Source of the DNA: Octopus sinensis
Taxonomy: Eukaryota
Length of the DNA: 64,000 nucleotides
Direction of reading: 5' to 3'
NCBI RefSeq assembly: GCF_006345805.1
Contig: NC_043010.1
Coordinates: 37,758,001-37,822,000 of the forward strand
The position numbers were made by a program, and so were the translations under genes. The notes under the pieces were generated by a model. The model ran no database searches. It worked only from the letters and a program-made list of their open reading frames with translations, and had not been told where the DNA came from. Below are positions 38,100-51,828 of the stretch, piece by piece (position 1 is the stretch's first letter; the number at the start of each line of letters is the position of its first letter).

Positions 38100-38585
38100 T
38101 CGCTGAGGTGTTACTCTAGACGTTTTCATAGTCAGCCGTCGCCGCTAGTCTCTGGTATGTCATGCGTAGCAGATTCGCTGTGTTGTGGCCTGTTCAGTCC
38201 TTGATGTTGTCAAACCAGGATTTTCTCAGTCTGTCTCTTATTCGTCTTGTCTCAGCTGTGTCCTGAAGAATTGTTTCGAACAGGGAACTGTGGCGGGATA
38301 CATGACCGTACTAGGAAAGCTTTCGTCCTTTTATTTGCTTAAGAGTGGTTCTTGTCTGCCAGCGTATCTGTTGGCTTGCTGCCTGACAATGCTGTTCGTT
38401 TTGTGCTTTGTGAATAGGATGTGTAATAGCCTTCTGAAGCACTTGTGCTCAAATGCCTGGATCTTTCGCTCCACGTCAGCTGTAAGATTTCAGCTCTCAC
38501 ACGCATGCAGCAGGATCGAAGTCACCAAGGTTTTGTACACTGAGTCTTGTTGGAAAACTAATGGAATTGCTTTCCCATTGTCATA
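38100..38585 (-). pseudogene. RTE-clade LINE, decayed RT C-terminus
   Basis: Across frameshifts reads ...VERKIQAFEHKCFRRLLHILFTKHKTNSIVRQ...RKLS*YGHVSRH...LRKSWFDNIKD. Confidence 0.75.
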
Positions 38586-39689
38586 GCAGCAGAGCGCAAA
38601 AAGACGAGAGAAAAAAAAACTCAACAAAAGTCGCATACTATTATTCATAGTGATCTAAAGAAGAAAATATACAAAGTATTTCAATTACATTAGACTATAG
38701 TTTTTAACATCGGAAAACTTTCCCATGGTAATAGCAACACATGGCATCTTGGCACGCGAATCTGTTCTGATGTAACCAAGAGACCAAAGCGTTAGAATAT
38801 TGAAAGGAACACGAAGGAAATAGTTATGGAGCAAGAGTTCAACTGTTGGTCGGATTGATATTTCTTAAGCTAAGAAAAGAAGAAAAAAATGATTTGGGGA
38901 CAAAAGCTCGAACTGCTGAATCTCTACTATTCTTTTCTACAGACTGTTTGAGGTACATGTTTCGTGTTTGGGGTAGATGCTCAAACCATAAAAAAAGTAA
39001 GGACTAAAAGCCGTAGAATTTGATATCGAAATCAATGTGTCTGTACATAATTTTACTTTTTTTTTATCGTTTACTTGTTTCAGTCACTGAACTGCGGCCA
39101 TGCTGGGGCACCACCTTGAATAGTTTTTAGTCAGACTAATCGACTCCAGTACTTATTTTAAAGCTTGACACTTATTCTATCGGTCTCTTTACTATGGCTC
39201 TGGGTGGATTAATGCTTTCGAAGTGAGTTTCGGAGATGGGAACTGTTGTATGCAAGCACGTAGTTTATATATACACACACACACACACCACATGTATATA
39301 TATATGTGTGCGTGTGTGTGTAGATGGTGGATAAGGAATACACGAGTTGATATATATGGAAAAGAAAGTCAAGGTAGAAAATGCTAAAATAATTTTATAA
39401 AAAACATTTCAGTGCAAATGCATAGATAAACGCAGGCGCGGGTGTGTTGTAAGAAGTTTACTTCTCAACCACACGGCTTCGGGTTCAGTCTCACTACAAC
39501 ATGGGCAATTGTCTTTTACTACAGTTCGGGTCGACCAAAGACTTGTGGATGGATTTAGTAGGTGGAAACTTAAAGAAGCCCTTCGTGCATACACACAGAC
39601 ACACGCACACACATATACATGTAAGTATATATCTATATGTGTGTGTCTTTGTGCTTGTCCCCCATCTTTTCTACACTAGGCACAAGGCT

Positions 39690-40737
39690 CGAAATTTTGT
39701 GGGAAAGATTGACTCCAGTACGCAACTGGTACTTATTTTTTCGAACCCAAAAGGATAAAAGGTAAAGTCGAACTGGGAGGAATTTGAACTCAGAACGTAA
39801 CGGCTGACGAAATACCGCTAAGCATTTCTTCCGGCGTGCTAACGTTTCTTATTTCTTTACTGCCCACAAGGGGCTACACACAGAGGTACAGACAAACAGA
39901 TTAAGTCGATTAGATCGACCCCAGTGCGTAACTGGTACTTAATTTATCGACCCCGAGAGGATGAAAGGCAAAGTCGACCTCGGCGGAATTTGAACTCAGA
40001 ACGTAACGGCAGACGAAATACCTATTTCTTTACTACCCACAAGGGGCTAAACACAGAAGGGACAAACAAGGACAGACAAACGGATTAAGTCGATTATATC
40101 GACCTCAGTGTGTAACTGGTACATATTTAATCGACCTTGAAAGGATGAAAGGCAAAGTCGACCTCGCCGGAACTTGAACTCAGAACGTAGCGCAGACGAA
40201 ATACCTATTTTTTAGTACCTACAAGGGGCTAACCACAGAGGGGACAAACAAGGACAGACAAACGGATTAAGTCGATTACATCGACCCCAGTACGTAACTG
40301 GTACTTTATTTATCGACCCCCGAAAGGATGAAAGGCAAAGTCGACCTCTGTGGAATTTGAACTCAGAACGTAACGGCAGACGAAATACGGCTATGCATTT
40401 CGCCCGGCGTGCTAACGTTTCTGCCAGCTCACCGTCTTTAATAATACCTATTTCTTTACTACCCACAAGAGGCTAAACACAGAGAGGACAAACAAGGACA
40501 GACAAACGGATTAAGTCGATTATATCGATCCCAGTGCGTAACTGGTACTTAATTTATCGACCCCGAAAGGATGAAAGGCAAAGTCGAACTCGACGGAATT
40601 TGAACTCAGAACATAAAGACAGACTTTAAAATGACTTCAAAGTCGAATCGGTGGAATTTGAACTCAGAACGTAGCGGCACACGAAATACGGCTACACATT
40701 TCGCCCGGCGTGCAAACGTTTCTGCCAGCTCGCCGCC
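39690..40737 (-). mobile_element. Head-to-tail cluster of about six SINE family B units
   Basis: Repeated ~180-bp bodies (CCCACAAGGGG...GGATGAAAGGCAAAGTCGAC...GAACTCAGAACG). Confidence 0.85.
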
Positions 40738-41138
40738 TTGTGTTTGTCCCCCCATCACAGCTTCACGAGCATTGTTGCGCATACACGCGCATGCGCGCAC
40801 AGTTATTCATAATCAGGAGAGCACGGTATCGGAAATTCTCTCGCTCATACACTGTCGAAGTTGCTGAACATGACTCACAAACCACAACAGACGTATGACA
40901 AAGACTATATCAGGAGACCTTGATTTCTCACACTGTTCTTTCATGTATAAGATCTCACACAAAGTTTTCAGCGAATTCTTAATTAAAATATTTTGAAGTC
41001 ATTTTAAAGTCGGGATTAGAGCAAGTCTGATAAATGCCCAAATGAATATATAAATACAAATATATTTCTGTTAATGTACGTGGCTACACTTGTGTTTATG
41101 TCTCATCGTTTATATATTTCATTTATTCCTATCTATCC

Positions 41139-41240
<102 letters not shown>

Positions 41241-41241
41241 A

Positions 41242-41274
<33 letters not shown>

Positions 41275-41302
41275 CCCCCCCTCTCTCTCTCTCTCTCTCT
41301 CG

Positions 41303-41336
<34 letters not shown>

Positions 41337-41486
41337 ATATATATATATATTGATAGAAATGGCAAGACAACAAAAGAATGGAAGAAACCTCGATATTGTA
41401 TAAATAGAGGAATTTACAGATATATATATATATGTGTCTATGTGTGTGTGTGTCTGTCTGTCTAACTGTCTATATGTACGTATGTA

Positions 41487-41574
<88 letters not shown>

Positions 41575-41583
41575 TTGCATATA

Positions 41584-41800
41584 TCTATTATATAAAATCC
41601 GCTCCGTCTGTCTGTCTGTGTCTTCTAGAATCTCGGGCATCCTCCATCCGATTGCGCTCAAATTTGATATGTAGATACCGACGGTATCAGGGCGTGTATA
41701 AGTCTTGAAAAAATTACAAAAATCGATTCTAGGGAAAAATGCGATCGATAAAGCCGTGGGAACGTGCATTTGTACGCGCAAGTGCATTAACTGTTGCGAT
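41584..41800 (+). mobile_element. Non-autonomous Helitron-like 5' end
   Basis: A|TCTATTATATAAAA start followed by (GTCT)n and CCGATTGCGCTCAAATTTG. No 3' hairpin/CTAG was found. Confidence 0.5.
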
Positions 41801-42139
41801 CGATACTATACGTACGCGAGAAAAATGCACGGTGTCTCAAATTTAGGTTAAATCAGTGTTTCTTAAAGGGGAAGCCTATGGGACGGTGGAATAAGTTGTT
41901 TTGAGAAAATTTGGTTTAAATGTTTGATAACTCAGCACCGTCCATTGGACGGGGGGCGTTTTACTCGTATATATATATATATTATATATATATATATATA
42001 TAATATATATAATATATATATATATAATATGCGATGAGTAGACTAATAAAATCACGTCTAAGAAATGAAGATAACATTGACATCTCATTTTAACAGATAT
42101 ATTTACCAAAATCACATAAAAAATATCTTGAAATACCAA

Positions 42140-42640
42140 AGAGTAAATTTATTCAATAAGATTGCCATTTGCTTCAGCCATAGCTTCCAGACGACTTCGG
42201 AATCGCCTGCAACTCTTTTGGACGATCTCCTTGTTCAAGTTGGTGAATGCTGCCATAATCCTTGCCGTGAGTTCATGTTTGGTGTTACAAGGACTTTTGT
42301 TGGTCTCTCGCTCAACTGTGCCCCACACATAACAAGGAGGTGGGTTGTAGTTTGGAAAGTTAGGTGGCTAGATGTTAGGGGTGATGTGGTCGCAGAAATT
42401 TTCTGACAGCCATGACTGGGTTCCCCTGCTTGTGTGGTATGATGCAGAGTCCCTTTCCCAGACACCCTCTTGACCCAGGGCAGCAGTACCTCCTCCAGGC
42501 ACTTGAAGTAGGCCTCCGTGTTGAGTCTGAAGTCTTGTGGGAAGATGACTGGAGGCATAACATCACCATCACTAATGATCACTCCAAACACCATGATGTT
42601 GACCGGATGTTTGATTTTTATCACTCTCGGTACATGTCTT
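42140..42640 (-). pseudogene. Tc1/mariner (maT/DD37D-like) transposase C-terminal fragment
   Basis: [21 protein letters not shown]...[18 protein letters not shown], then across frameshifts HITPNI.PPNF...VWGTVERETNK...ELKARI. Confidence 0.8.
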
Positions 42641-43069
42641 CAAAGTTTCTACTATATATGTACGTATTATATATATGTTATATGTATATATATATTATAT
42701 ATATATATATAATATATATATGTATATATATACACACACACACACAAACACATACACGTATATATATATATATAATATATATATATATATACACATATAC
42801 ATATGCATATATACGTACGACCGTATGTATGTGTATATATATATATACATACACATATATATACATACACATATATATTCATGTACATATACATTCGTAT
42901 GTATGTATGTATGTATGTATGTATGTGTGTATGTATGTGTGTATGTATGTGTGTGCATGCGTGCGTGTGTGTGTATGTGTGTGTGTGTGTGTGCGCGCGC
43001 GTATGTGTGTGTAATTAGGGAAGCATAAAACGTTGTATCAGGAATAAATCTCGATGAAAAACAAGAGAT

Positions 43070-43440
43070 TCTTACAAAACATAATGCATTTAACACCACC
43101 GAGGACCATGAAAATAACTTCACTTCTAACCCTAAAAATAGGCTGATAAACTCGGCTAAATCTGATATCGGATTAGTTATCAAGAAAATCCTCAGGAAGA
43201 TTAATAACAATACCAGGTTAGCTACCAACCTCACCCAATGGAGTTTTTACTAATGCAGTTATATCTTGGTCTGGAAAAATAGCTAATAAAAGCAACACCA
43301 GATGTACCCGATTTGGCGTTGTACATTTTTATCCTTCCATTTCTGAAAAGTTATTAAGCAAGGCATTGGAGATTTATAGAATTTACAATCCAACAGATGA
43401 GAATGATATAAAAGTTATAATTAATATACGCTAAGGTAAT
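43070..43440 (+). pseudogene. Penelope-like reverse transcriptase fragment
   Basis: AFNTTEDHENNFTSNPKNRLINSAKSDIG...TNLTQW...FGVVHFYPSISEKLLSKAL resembles PLE RT (KDHK...RLINP.KS...FDIVDFYPSI). Confidence 0.8.
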
Positions 43441-43528
43441 TCAACGTTTATTAGTATGGGATTCGCCTAAGGTGGGACACCATACATATAGGAAAATAGT
43501 GAAAAACATTCACTAGTATTCCTGAATA

Positions 43529-43758
43529 TATTTCTTTATTGCCCACAAGGGGCTAAACATAGAGGGGACAAACAAGGACAGACAAACGGATTAAGTCGAT
43601 TACATCGACCCCAGTGCGTAACTGGTACTTTATTTATCGACCCCGAAAGGATGAAAGGCAAAGTCGACCTCGGCGGAATTTGAACTCAGAACGTAACGGC
43701 AGACGAAATACTGCTAAGCATTTCGCCCGGCGTGCTAATGTTTCTGCCAGCTCGCCGC
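43529..43758 (-). mobile_element. SINE family B, full length with TSD
   Basis: TSD CTAGTATT(C)CTGAATA at 43513-43528 and 43759-43773. Confidence 0.88.
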
Positions 43759-44452
43759 CTAGTATTCTGAATAACCGCCCGATGTTCGTCCCCTCCGATA
43801 TATATTGGGTTTTTAAATACAGCACGTTCATAAAAGATGTTATTTCTGGAAGAATATCGCAGAAAATTTGCCTTTTAACGATGTATTTACATTAAGTATG
43901 ATACAAAGACAGCTATTTTTTTTTTTATTTTGCTTCTACTGCATATAATGAATTTTATTCACCAGGCGGCAATTCGCATTACCAATGAGTGTCTTTTCCT
44001 GTTTTACTTTAATCGAAATTGACAAATCTCGTCTGTGCATGTCACCGACTGTGTGTGCACGCAATTGGCAAGATCCAACGTGCCCGAAATGAACCAAGCG
44101 ATCTCGTTAGCCGTTGCTGGGACAATTTTCGTTTCCACCCCACCACCGTTATTTACTGTTTTTAAACACAGAACATTCCAAAGAGATATTTCTGGACGAA
44201 TGCCGCAGTAAATTTTTCCCTTCAAAGATATATTTACATTACACATGACACAAAGAGAGGTATGTATATATATATATATATATATAATATATATGATGTG
44301 TGTGTGTGTGTGTGTGTGGTGTGTGTGTGTGTGTGTGTGTTGTGTGTGTGTTGTGTGTGTGGTGTGTGTGATATATTAATAGTAATGGTATGACAACAAA
44401 GAATGAAAGAGACCTCGATATTATGTAAATAGAGGAATTTATCTGTAATATA

Positions 44453-45010
44453 TGTGACAATTATTCGGTTGCCACAATAAAACTCCGAGTTTCGGATGTC
44501 GGGGCGGAAATCTGCTCCGGCATCTCGTCAGTTATTAAGACAATCAAAAATTGCTATGAAACATTAAACAAAGGGGAATTACTAGGTAAATGACTGTTAT
44601 TAAGACAAACAAAAGAGCTATTAGAATGACCGTTAAATAAAAGAAAAAAACCCGAAGGGGAGAAAGTGAATAAAAAGCGCTCGCAGAATTCGCGTATGCT
44701 CGAATGTACATACATACTCATGCGAGCACGCATATAGGCACATGTACGTGAGTGTGCGTGCGCGCATGTGTATGTATGTACATGCGCACATACGTGAATT
44801 CTATGAGCGTTTTTTACTTTTTTACTTTCTCCCCTTCGGGTTTTTTCCTTTTATTTAACGGTCATTCTAATAGCTCTTTTGCTTCTCTTAATAACGGTCA
44901 TTTTCATTGCACTTTTTGATTGTCTTAATAACTGACGAGATGCCGGAGCAGATTTCTGCCCCGACATCTGAAACTCGGAGTTTTATTATGTCAACTGAAT
45001 AATTGTCACA
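44453..45010. mobile_element. Fold-back MITE (~560 bp, almost entirely palindromic)
   Basis: TGTGACAATTATTC...GAATAATTGTCACA termini. Arms pair over about 250 bp with one arm-specific insertion. No clean TSD. Confidence 0.8.
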
Positions 45011-45020
45011 TTATTTTACA

Positions 45021-45055
<35 letters not shown>

Positions 45056-46438
45056 TGTATGTATGTATGTATGTATGTATGTATGTATGTATGTATGTAT
45101 GTATGTATGTATGTATGTATGTATGTATGTATGTATGTATGTATGTACGCATGTATGTATGCAATGATTGAATGTATGTGTGTATACATATAGATATCAT
45201 AATATAAACATGAATAATATATAACATAAATTTTACACATATATAGCATATATATATATGTGTATGCATATGCATATACAATTTTATGTATTTATCTATC
45301 TGTTTTCTGAGCTGTTGGGTTCGATTTAGCCTTTCTGCTTTATGTTTTGCTGTTAGGAAAATGTAAGGCGGAACCGATTTCTGGTAACTGATGATCCGGT
45401 AGCTCTTATAATTACGTGACAACACTTGAACTTCCCACAAGCCTTCATAACACATTTCGTTATTCACCAGTAACTTGCCACCAAAATGGAAAACACTCTC
45501 TTACACCAAACTTCATCCCATCCCAAAATAAATGTATGTTTTAAAAATCGAAAACTACCATCTAGATAATGGCTGGAAGATAACAGGTTACTCAAAGAAG
45601 CCGCCCTCAGCTTCCACCAAAAACCCAAGACAGCTCCGGAATTGTTTCTTCAAAAAAGACACACACAAAAAAATCGTCAGATTTAGCCCGAACAACCTGC
45701 ACATACATACATACATACATACATACATACATACATACATACATACATACATACATACATACAAAAATACCCTGTTGTTGATGTTCAAATTCCAATGAAG
45801 TAACCTTGGGTCTAGGTTAGAAACCGGTGATTTCTCTGTTGGCGAGAAATCTTGAAATAAACTGAATAATGACATACATAATACATACACACATACATAT
45901 GGTTGTGTGTATGTATATATATATATATATATTTACATATATACATACATGTGTATATATATCTATGTATGTATATATACGTGTGTGTATAAGTATGTAT
46001 ATATACACACATATGTATGTATTTATGTATGTATGTACATATGTATGTATGTATGAGATCATCACATTAGTAATGTCCGAATATTGACTCAGAAGAAGAG
46101 ATTTTAAAATTTCATTTTCTATTAAAATTCAAAAATTCACTCATTAGCATAATCCCCTTCATTATGAATGACCGTCTTCCGACGATTTCTTAATACCATT
46201 TGTGTAAAATTCTTTTGGTTTTGCTGAAAAAGATTATTGAAACGGTAGTTTCCGCCTCATTTGTTTTAAGAACTAGGCCATCAAGAATGATTTTGTAAAC
46301 GTTGGGACAGAGGTGGCAAACTGATGGAGCAAGGCTCAATGCACAAGGAAGGGAGTGGACAAATTTTTCCCAACCACGGCTTTCAGATTTACCCAACGTG
46401 ATCTATGCTATATAGAGCCATGCATTATCATGATTATC

Positions 46439-46766
46439 GTGAAGGCGTGTGGCTTAGTGGTTAGGGCATTCGACTCACGATCGTAAGGTCGTGAGTTCAA
46501 TTCCCGGCGACGCGTTGTGTCCTTGAGCAAGACACTTTATTTCCCGTTGCTCCAGTCCACTCAGCTGGCAAAAATGAGTAGTGCCTGTACTTCAAAGGGC
46601 CGGCCTTGTCACACTTTGTGTCACGCTGAATCTCCCGGAGAACTACGTTAAGGATACACGTGTCTGTAGAATGTTCAGCCACTTACACGTTAATTTCACA
46701 AGCAAGCTGTTCCGATGATCCTATTAGCTGGGACCCCTCATCGTTGTAACCGATGGATTGCTCCTC
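46439..46766 (+). mobile_element. tRNA-derived SINE family E with TSD
   Basis: Head TGGCTTAGTGGTTAGG...GAGTTCAATTCC. 11-bp TSD TCATGATTATC at 46428-46438 and 46767-46777. Confidence 0.85.
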
Positions 46767-46939
46767 TCATGATTATCTATTTTCATTCAAAGCAGTGTTT
46801 AAGCGTTCTAAATGCTGACGGTAAAGGCCTACCGAAATCGTTTCATTAACTGATAGGACCTCATACTAGATCACACAAGCGGAATCCGACTAAACATTAA
46901 CACTTTTCTTGGATAGAAGTCGCTTTTGGATTGTGATAG

Positions 46940-47136
46940 AGGAGACAAACAAGGACAGACAGACGGGTTAAGTCGATTATAACGACCCCAGTGCGTAACT
47001 GGTACTTAATTTATCGACCCCGAAAGGATGAAAGGCAAAGTCGACCTCGGCGGAATTTGAACTCACAACGTAACGGCAGACGAAATACCGCTAAGCATTT
47101 CGCTCGACGTGCTAACGTTTCTGCCAGCTCGCTGCC
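46940..47136 (-). mobile_element. SINE family B
   Basis: Family B homology. Confidence 0.8.
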
Positions 47137-47140
47137 TTAG

Positions 47141-47440
47141 CACCTAGAAAGTTACCCTCCCAGGCTCAAGTCCGGGCAAGGTTGTTTATGGAAGACGAAC
47201 AGTCGTCCATGCATACCGGCCTCCCCTCTCCACGTCAGCGATGTTATCCAAGGGAAAGGCAAACGCCGATACAGCTTGGCACCAGTGATGTCGCAACTTT
47301 TTTCTACATCTGAGTGAGCTGGAGCAACGTCAAATAAAGTGTCTTGCTCAAGAACACAACACGCAGCCCGGTCCGGGATTCGAACTCACAACCTCATGGT
47401 CGTAAGCTCGACGCTCTAACCACTGAACCATGCACCCTCA
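47141..47440 (-). mobile_element. tRNA-derived SINE family D
   Basis: Reverse complement of head TGGTTCAGTGGTTAGAGCGTCG...GAGTTCGAATCCC and TTGAGCAAGACACTTTATT. Confidence 0.85.
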
Positions 47441-47531
47441 CTATCTGATCACTATAAACAAATCATTTGCGCAGGTCGTTCGGCAAAAGCTGAACGTTCA
47501 TGCGTCATCTTCGACGGGAGAGTCCATCATG

Positions 47532-47611
<80 letters not shown>

Positions 47612-48198
47612 CGTGTATTCGTGCGTGCGTGCGTAATTCACAGGGTATATTTAACTAATTTCTTCGTAGATTGAAAAAAAATGATGTATAGCTTTAATCA
47701 ATTTTCGAACCCCATTCGGTTCTCATCAACGGTTTCTACATCAATTTAGCCAATCCCAAATTGTTTGACCAAGTAAACAATCATATTGGGTCATCTCACA
47801 AGTAATGTCCGACATCTGATATCCGTAAATTGTTTAGGTTTGTCTATTTATATATATATAAAAAAAAAACCCTGAATGATAGCCGTACAAATTTACACAA
47901 AGTCATGTGATAGAACAGGTCACACGAAGGAAGTGGGTGTATGATTGCATAATCTTTGATTGATTCAGCAAATAGAATGCGATTGTCGCGACAGCAACGC
48001 TTTTGAATCATGCCTACTCGATCAGCAACAACAACGTGCCAGCGAAGAAACTTCTACGCTGGTCGATTGATCTCCTAGAAATAACAGACGTTTTAACCCT
48101 CAAATTACATTCTGCTCATCTCGTATAAAATGGGTTGAAATAATCGGATATAATCCTAGACACTTAATGCTGGGGGAAAGGGCGGAGTGGTGGTCATT

Positions 48199-48720
48199 AC
48201 TGGGATACCTCACTGGGACGCCTTGCTGGGACGCCTTGCTGGGACGCCTTGCTGGGACGCCTTGCTGGGACGCCTTGCTGGGACACCTTTCTGGGACGTC
48301 TTGCTGGGACGCCTTTCTGAGACGTCTTGCTAGGACACCATGGTGGGACGCCTTGCTGGGACATCTTGCTTGGACGCCTTGCTGGCACACCTTACTAGGA
48401 CGCCTCGTTGGGACATTTTGCTGGGATGCCTTGCTGGAATACCATTCTGGGACGCCTTACTGGGACGCCTTCCTGGGACGTCTTGCTGGAACGCCTTACT
48501 GGGACACCTTACTAGGACGCCTTGCTGGGGCATTTTGCTGGGATGCCTTTCTGGGACATTTTGCTGGGATGCCTTGCTGGGACACCTTGCTGGGATACCA
48601 TGCTGGGACGCCTTGCTGGGACGCCTTGTTGGGACGCTTTACTGGGACGTCTTGCTGGGACACCTTGCTGGGCTACTTTGCTGGGACACCTTGCCGGGAC
48701 ATTTTGCTGGGATGCCTTTC
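48199..48720. repeat. GC-rich 13-bp minisatellite (GGGACGCCTTGCT), about 40 units
   Basis: A perfect run at 48214-48280, then diverged units. Confidence 0.92.
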
Positions 48721-48877
48721 TCGAATGTCATAAACAACAACGACTGCAGCAGCTGTATCTATTTACATATTTTCCTTTCGTCAAGTTATTAATGTAGTTC
48801 ACACATTTTTGATAATGTGTATTTGTCGTCTTTCTTCTTTATTCTATAAAGACTTAGCTTTTTCTAGTTGAATGCAG

Positions 48878-48989
<112 letters not shown>

Positions 48990-49339
48990 CATAACAATTG
49001 CATTTGAAACTAGCCTTCTGCGTCAAAAGAATAGACGTACACTTAAGCTGTCAGTGGTATTTTGACATAATTGAACAAACGAAAAGCTTGAATTAAGTTG
49101 GCGCACGAAGACGTAAAAGGATGGCAATACCAAAACAAAATGGACCAATGGGAACACAACAAGTGGCATTGTCACGAACCAATCGGAAGCAAGTTTCATT
49201 GCGTGTTATCATAGACATATAACAAGTAGTTTAAATAAATTCGTACGTGGGTTGGTTATGGGTGAACGAGACTACAAGAAAACATCACTGATCGTGGCGT
49301 CTGGTTATTCCATCATTTTCATTCATCTCAGTTATTAGA

Positions 49340-49510
49340 ATATGGCCATGCTGGGGCACCGTCTTTTTGGGGTTTTAGACGAACAAACTAACCCCAAAAT
49401 TCATTATTTATTTTAAAGTCTGCTATTTACTCTATTGGTGTTTTTTTGCCCAGCCGCAAAGTTACAGGAACGTAGTTGTCAAGGGGTGACGAGGCAAACG
49501 CAAACAAACA

Positions 49511-49559
<49 letters not shown>

Positions 49560-50236
49560 ACACATACACACGCACAGAACGTACAAACACACACACGCAC
49601 ACATAAACACGCACACAAACACACACATACAAGCGAACACACAGACACACACGCACACACAACCAGGCCCACAGACACACACGCACACACAAACACGCCC
49701 ACAGACACACACATGCACACACACACAAACGCACACACATACACACATACAAGTGAACACACAGACACACACGCACACACAAACACGCACACAAACACAC
49801 ACACACAAACAGACACACATACGCACACACAAACACACACACACATACACACACAAACACGCACATACACACACAAACATACATACTCACACACACACAT
49901 ACACACACAAATACAAACACACACACACACGCACACACACGCACACATATTAGACGGGTTTTTTTCTGTTTCCGTCTACCAGATCCATTCACAGAATTTT
50001 ACTTGGTCTTATTCTGGTCTTACTCTGCCGTTCTTTTTTGCTCAACCGCTAAGTTACGGGACATAGAGTAGCTTCTCTCTCAGTTTCTGTCAACCAAATT
50101 CACTCATAAAGCATTGGTCGGCCCATGGCTATTCTAGAAGACATTTACCCAAAGTGCCATGCAGTGGGACGGAATCTGAAATCACGTGGTTGCAAAGCTA
50201 GCTTCTTAACCGAACAACCATGCCTGTGCCCATACA
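49340..50236 (-). mobile_element. Degenerate SINE family A with a ~460-bp internal CA-rich expansion
   Basis: Tail part 49340-49490, CA-rich tract about 49495-49950, head part 49950-50236. Confidence 0.65.
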
Positions 50237-50652
50237 TATTTCTTTATTACCCACAAGGGGCTAAACACAGAGGGGACAAACAAGGGCAGACATAGGTATT
50301 AAGTCGATTACATCGACCCCAGTGCGTAACTGGTACTTAATTTATCGATCCCGAAAGGATGAAAGGCAAAGTCGACCTCGGCGGAATTTGAACTCACAAC
50401 GTAATGGCAGACGAAATTCCCATTTCTTTATTACCCACAAGGGGCTAAACATAGAGGGGACAAACGAAGACAGACATAGGTATTAAGTCGATTACATCGA
50501 CCCCAGTGCGTAACTGGTACTTAATTTATCGACCCCGAAAGGATGAAAGGCAAAGTCGACCTCGGCGGAAATTGAACTCAGAATGTAACGGCAGACGAAA
50601 TACCGCTAAGCATTTCGCCCGGCGTCCTAACGTTTCTGCCAGCTCGCCGCCT
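50237..50652 (-). mobile_element. SINE family B dimer with a single 16-bp TSD
   Basis: TGCCTGTGCCCATACA at 50221-50236 and 50653-50668 flanks two tandem bodies. Confidence 0.88.
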
Positions 50653-51499
50653 TGCCTGTGCCCATACAGAGTCAAGCCTGCGCCTAAACAAAACCGTACT
50701 TCCGCCTATACACAGTCACATCTATGCCTATATACAGCCATGCCTGAGCACCCGGATAGAATTCTTTAAAAAAAAATCGGATCTGGTGAGCGAAACGGAA
50801 AAGATGCAGTGTAATACATTTCTTGTTGTTGCTTTTAATAAATACATCATCAATAAACTCACTTCCTTATGAACTAGTTATCGTGGCAAAACCACTATAC
50901 AATGGAATGCGTGAAAGAGTCAGGAGGTAGCCCTGTTTTGATCGATCGTCAAATTAGAGATGTGGAATGTTTTCAGTTCTGCTTATGTTATTCTGATGCT
51001 GTCAGAGATGTATTCTTCATTAAAGCTCGACTGTTAATGCTTCACTTGCAGAATAAGTTGAATATAAGTTTATATCTATAAATATAATGATTTCGTAATA
51101 TCATCGTGACATTCTTCACATTGACTAAACTACTGGAAAATTCAACAGATTTCAAGTTCTAGTCCAACAATTAATCGCACCATCTCATTACTTACTCTTT
51201 TTTTTTTCGTGGAATGGGTAGATGGTGAGACCTAACAAACTAACATTTAAAGCAGAAGCATGACAAGAGGGACAGAAGGTGGAGAATGTCCTTGGATGCA
51301 GGTGCAAAGGGACACAAGAAATTTCCTTTGGTCTATCACTCTTGTTAATTAAAGGTAGGACTCGCTAAAACTATTTTACCCACTGGCGCCGAGAACCTCT
51401 CTTATTAAATTTTTAAAATAAGATTAGGAGTCCAAAGAAACTAGCAGTGGTCTGTGTCAGCAAAAAGTATACCAAAAAACATTCACAAACACACACACA

Positions 51500-51655
51500 C
51501 ACACGCACACGCGGGCTTCTTTCTGCTTCCGTCTACTAAATTCCATTCACAAAGTTTTAGTTGACCAGAGGCTATAGCAGAAAACACTCGCCCGAAGTGC
51601 CACGTAGTAGAACTGAACCCAAAACCTTGTGGTTGGGAAGCAAACATCTTAACAC
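51500..51655 (-). mobile_element. SINE family A head fragment
   Basis: GGGCTTCTTTCTGCTTCCGTCTAC...GAACTGAACCC. Confidence 0.65.
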
Positions 51656-51770
51656 ACACACACACCACAAATGAAGAATGAAACATAATACTATCGCGGG
51701 TGTTACGTTCCCAAAACTCCCCTGCCATAGGTGAAAATCCGCGAAGTAGAAACAGTACTATACTGTACTG

Positions 51771-51828
<58 letters not shown>

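Noticed and set aside
38087-38160. CTGATGAAG as a hammerhead core
   Set aside because: There is no downstream GAAA or stem III, and the sequence is the antisense of the RTE ORF end.
48100-48797. Trp/Leu/Gly-rich ORFs of up to 188 aa (CWDALLGRLAGTP repeats)
   Set aside because: Three 13-bp units give a 13-aa period, and similar stop-free frames occur on both strands, so this is a minisatellite artefact.
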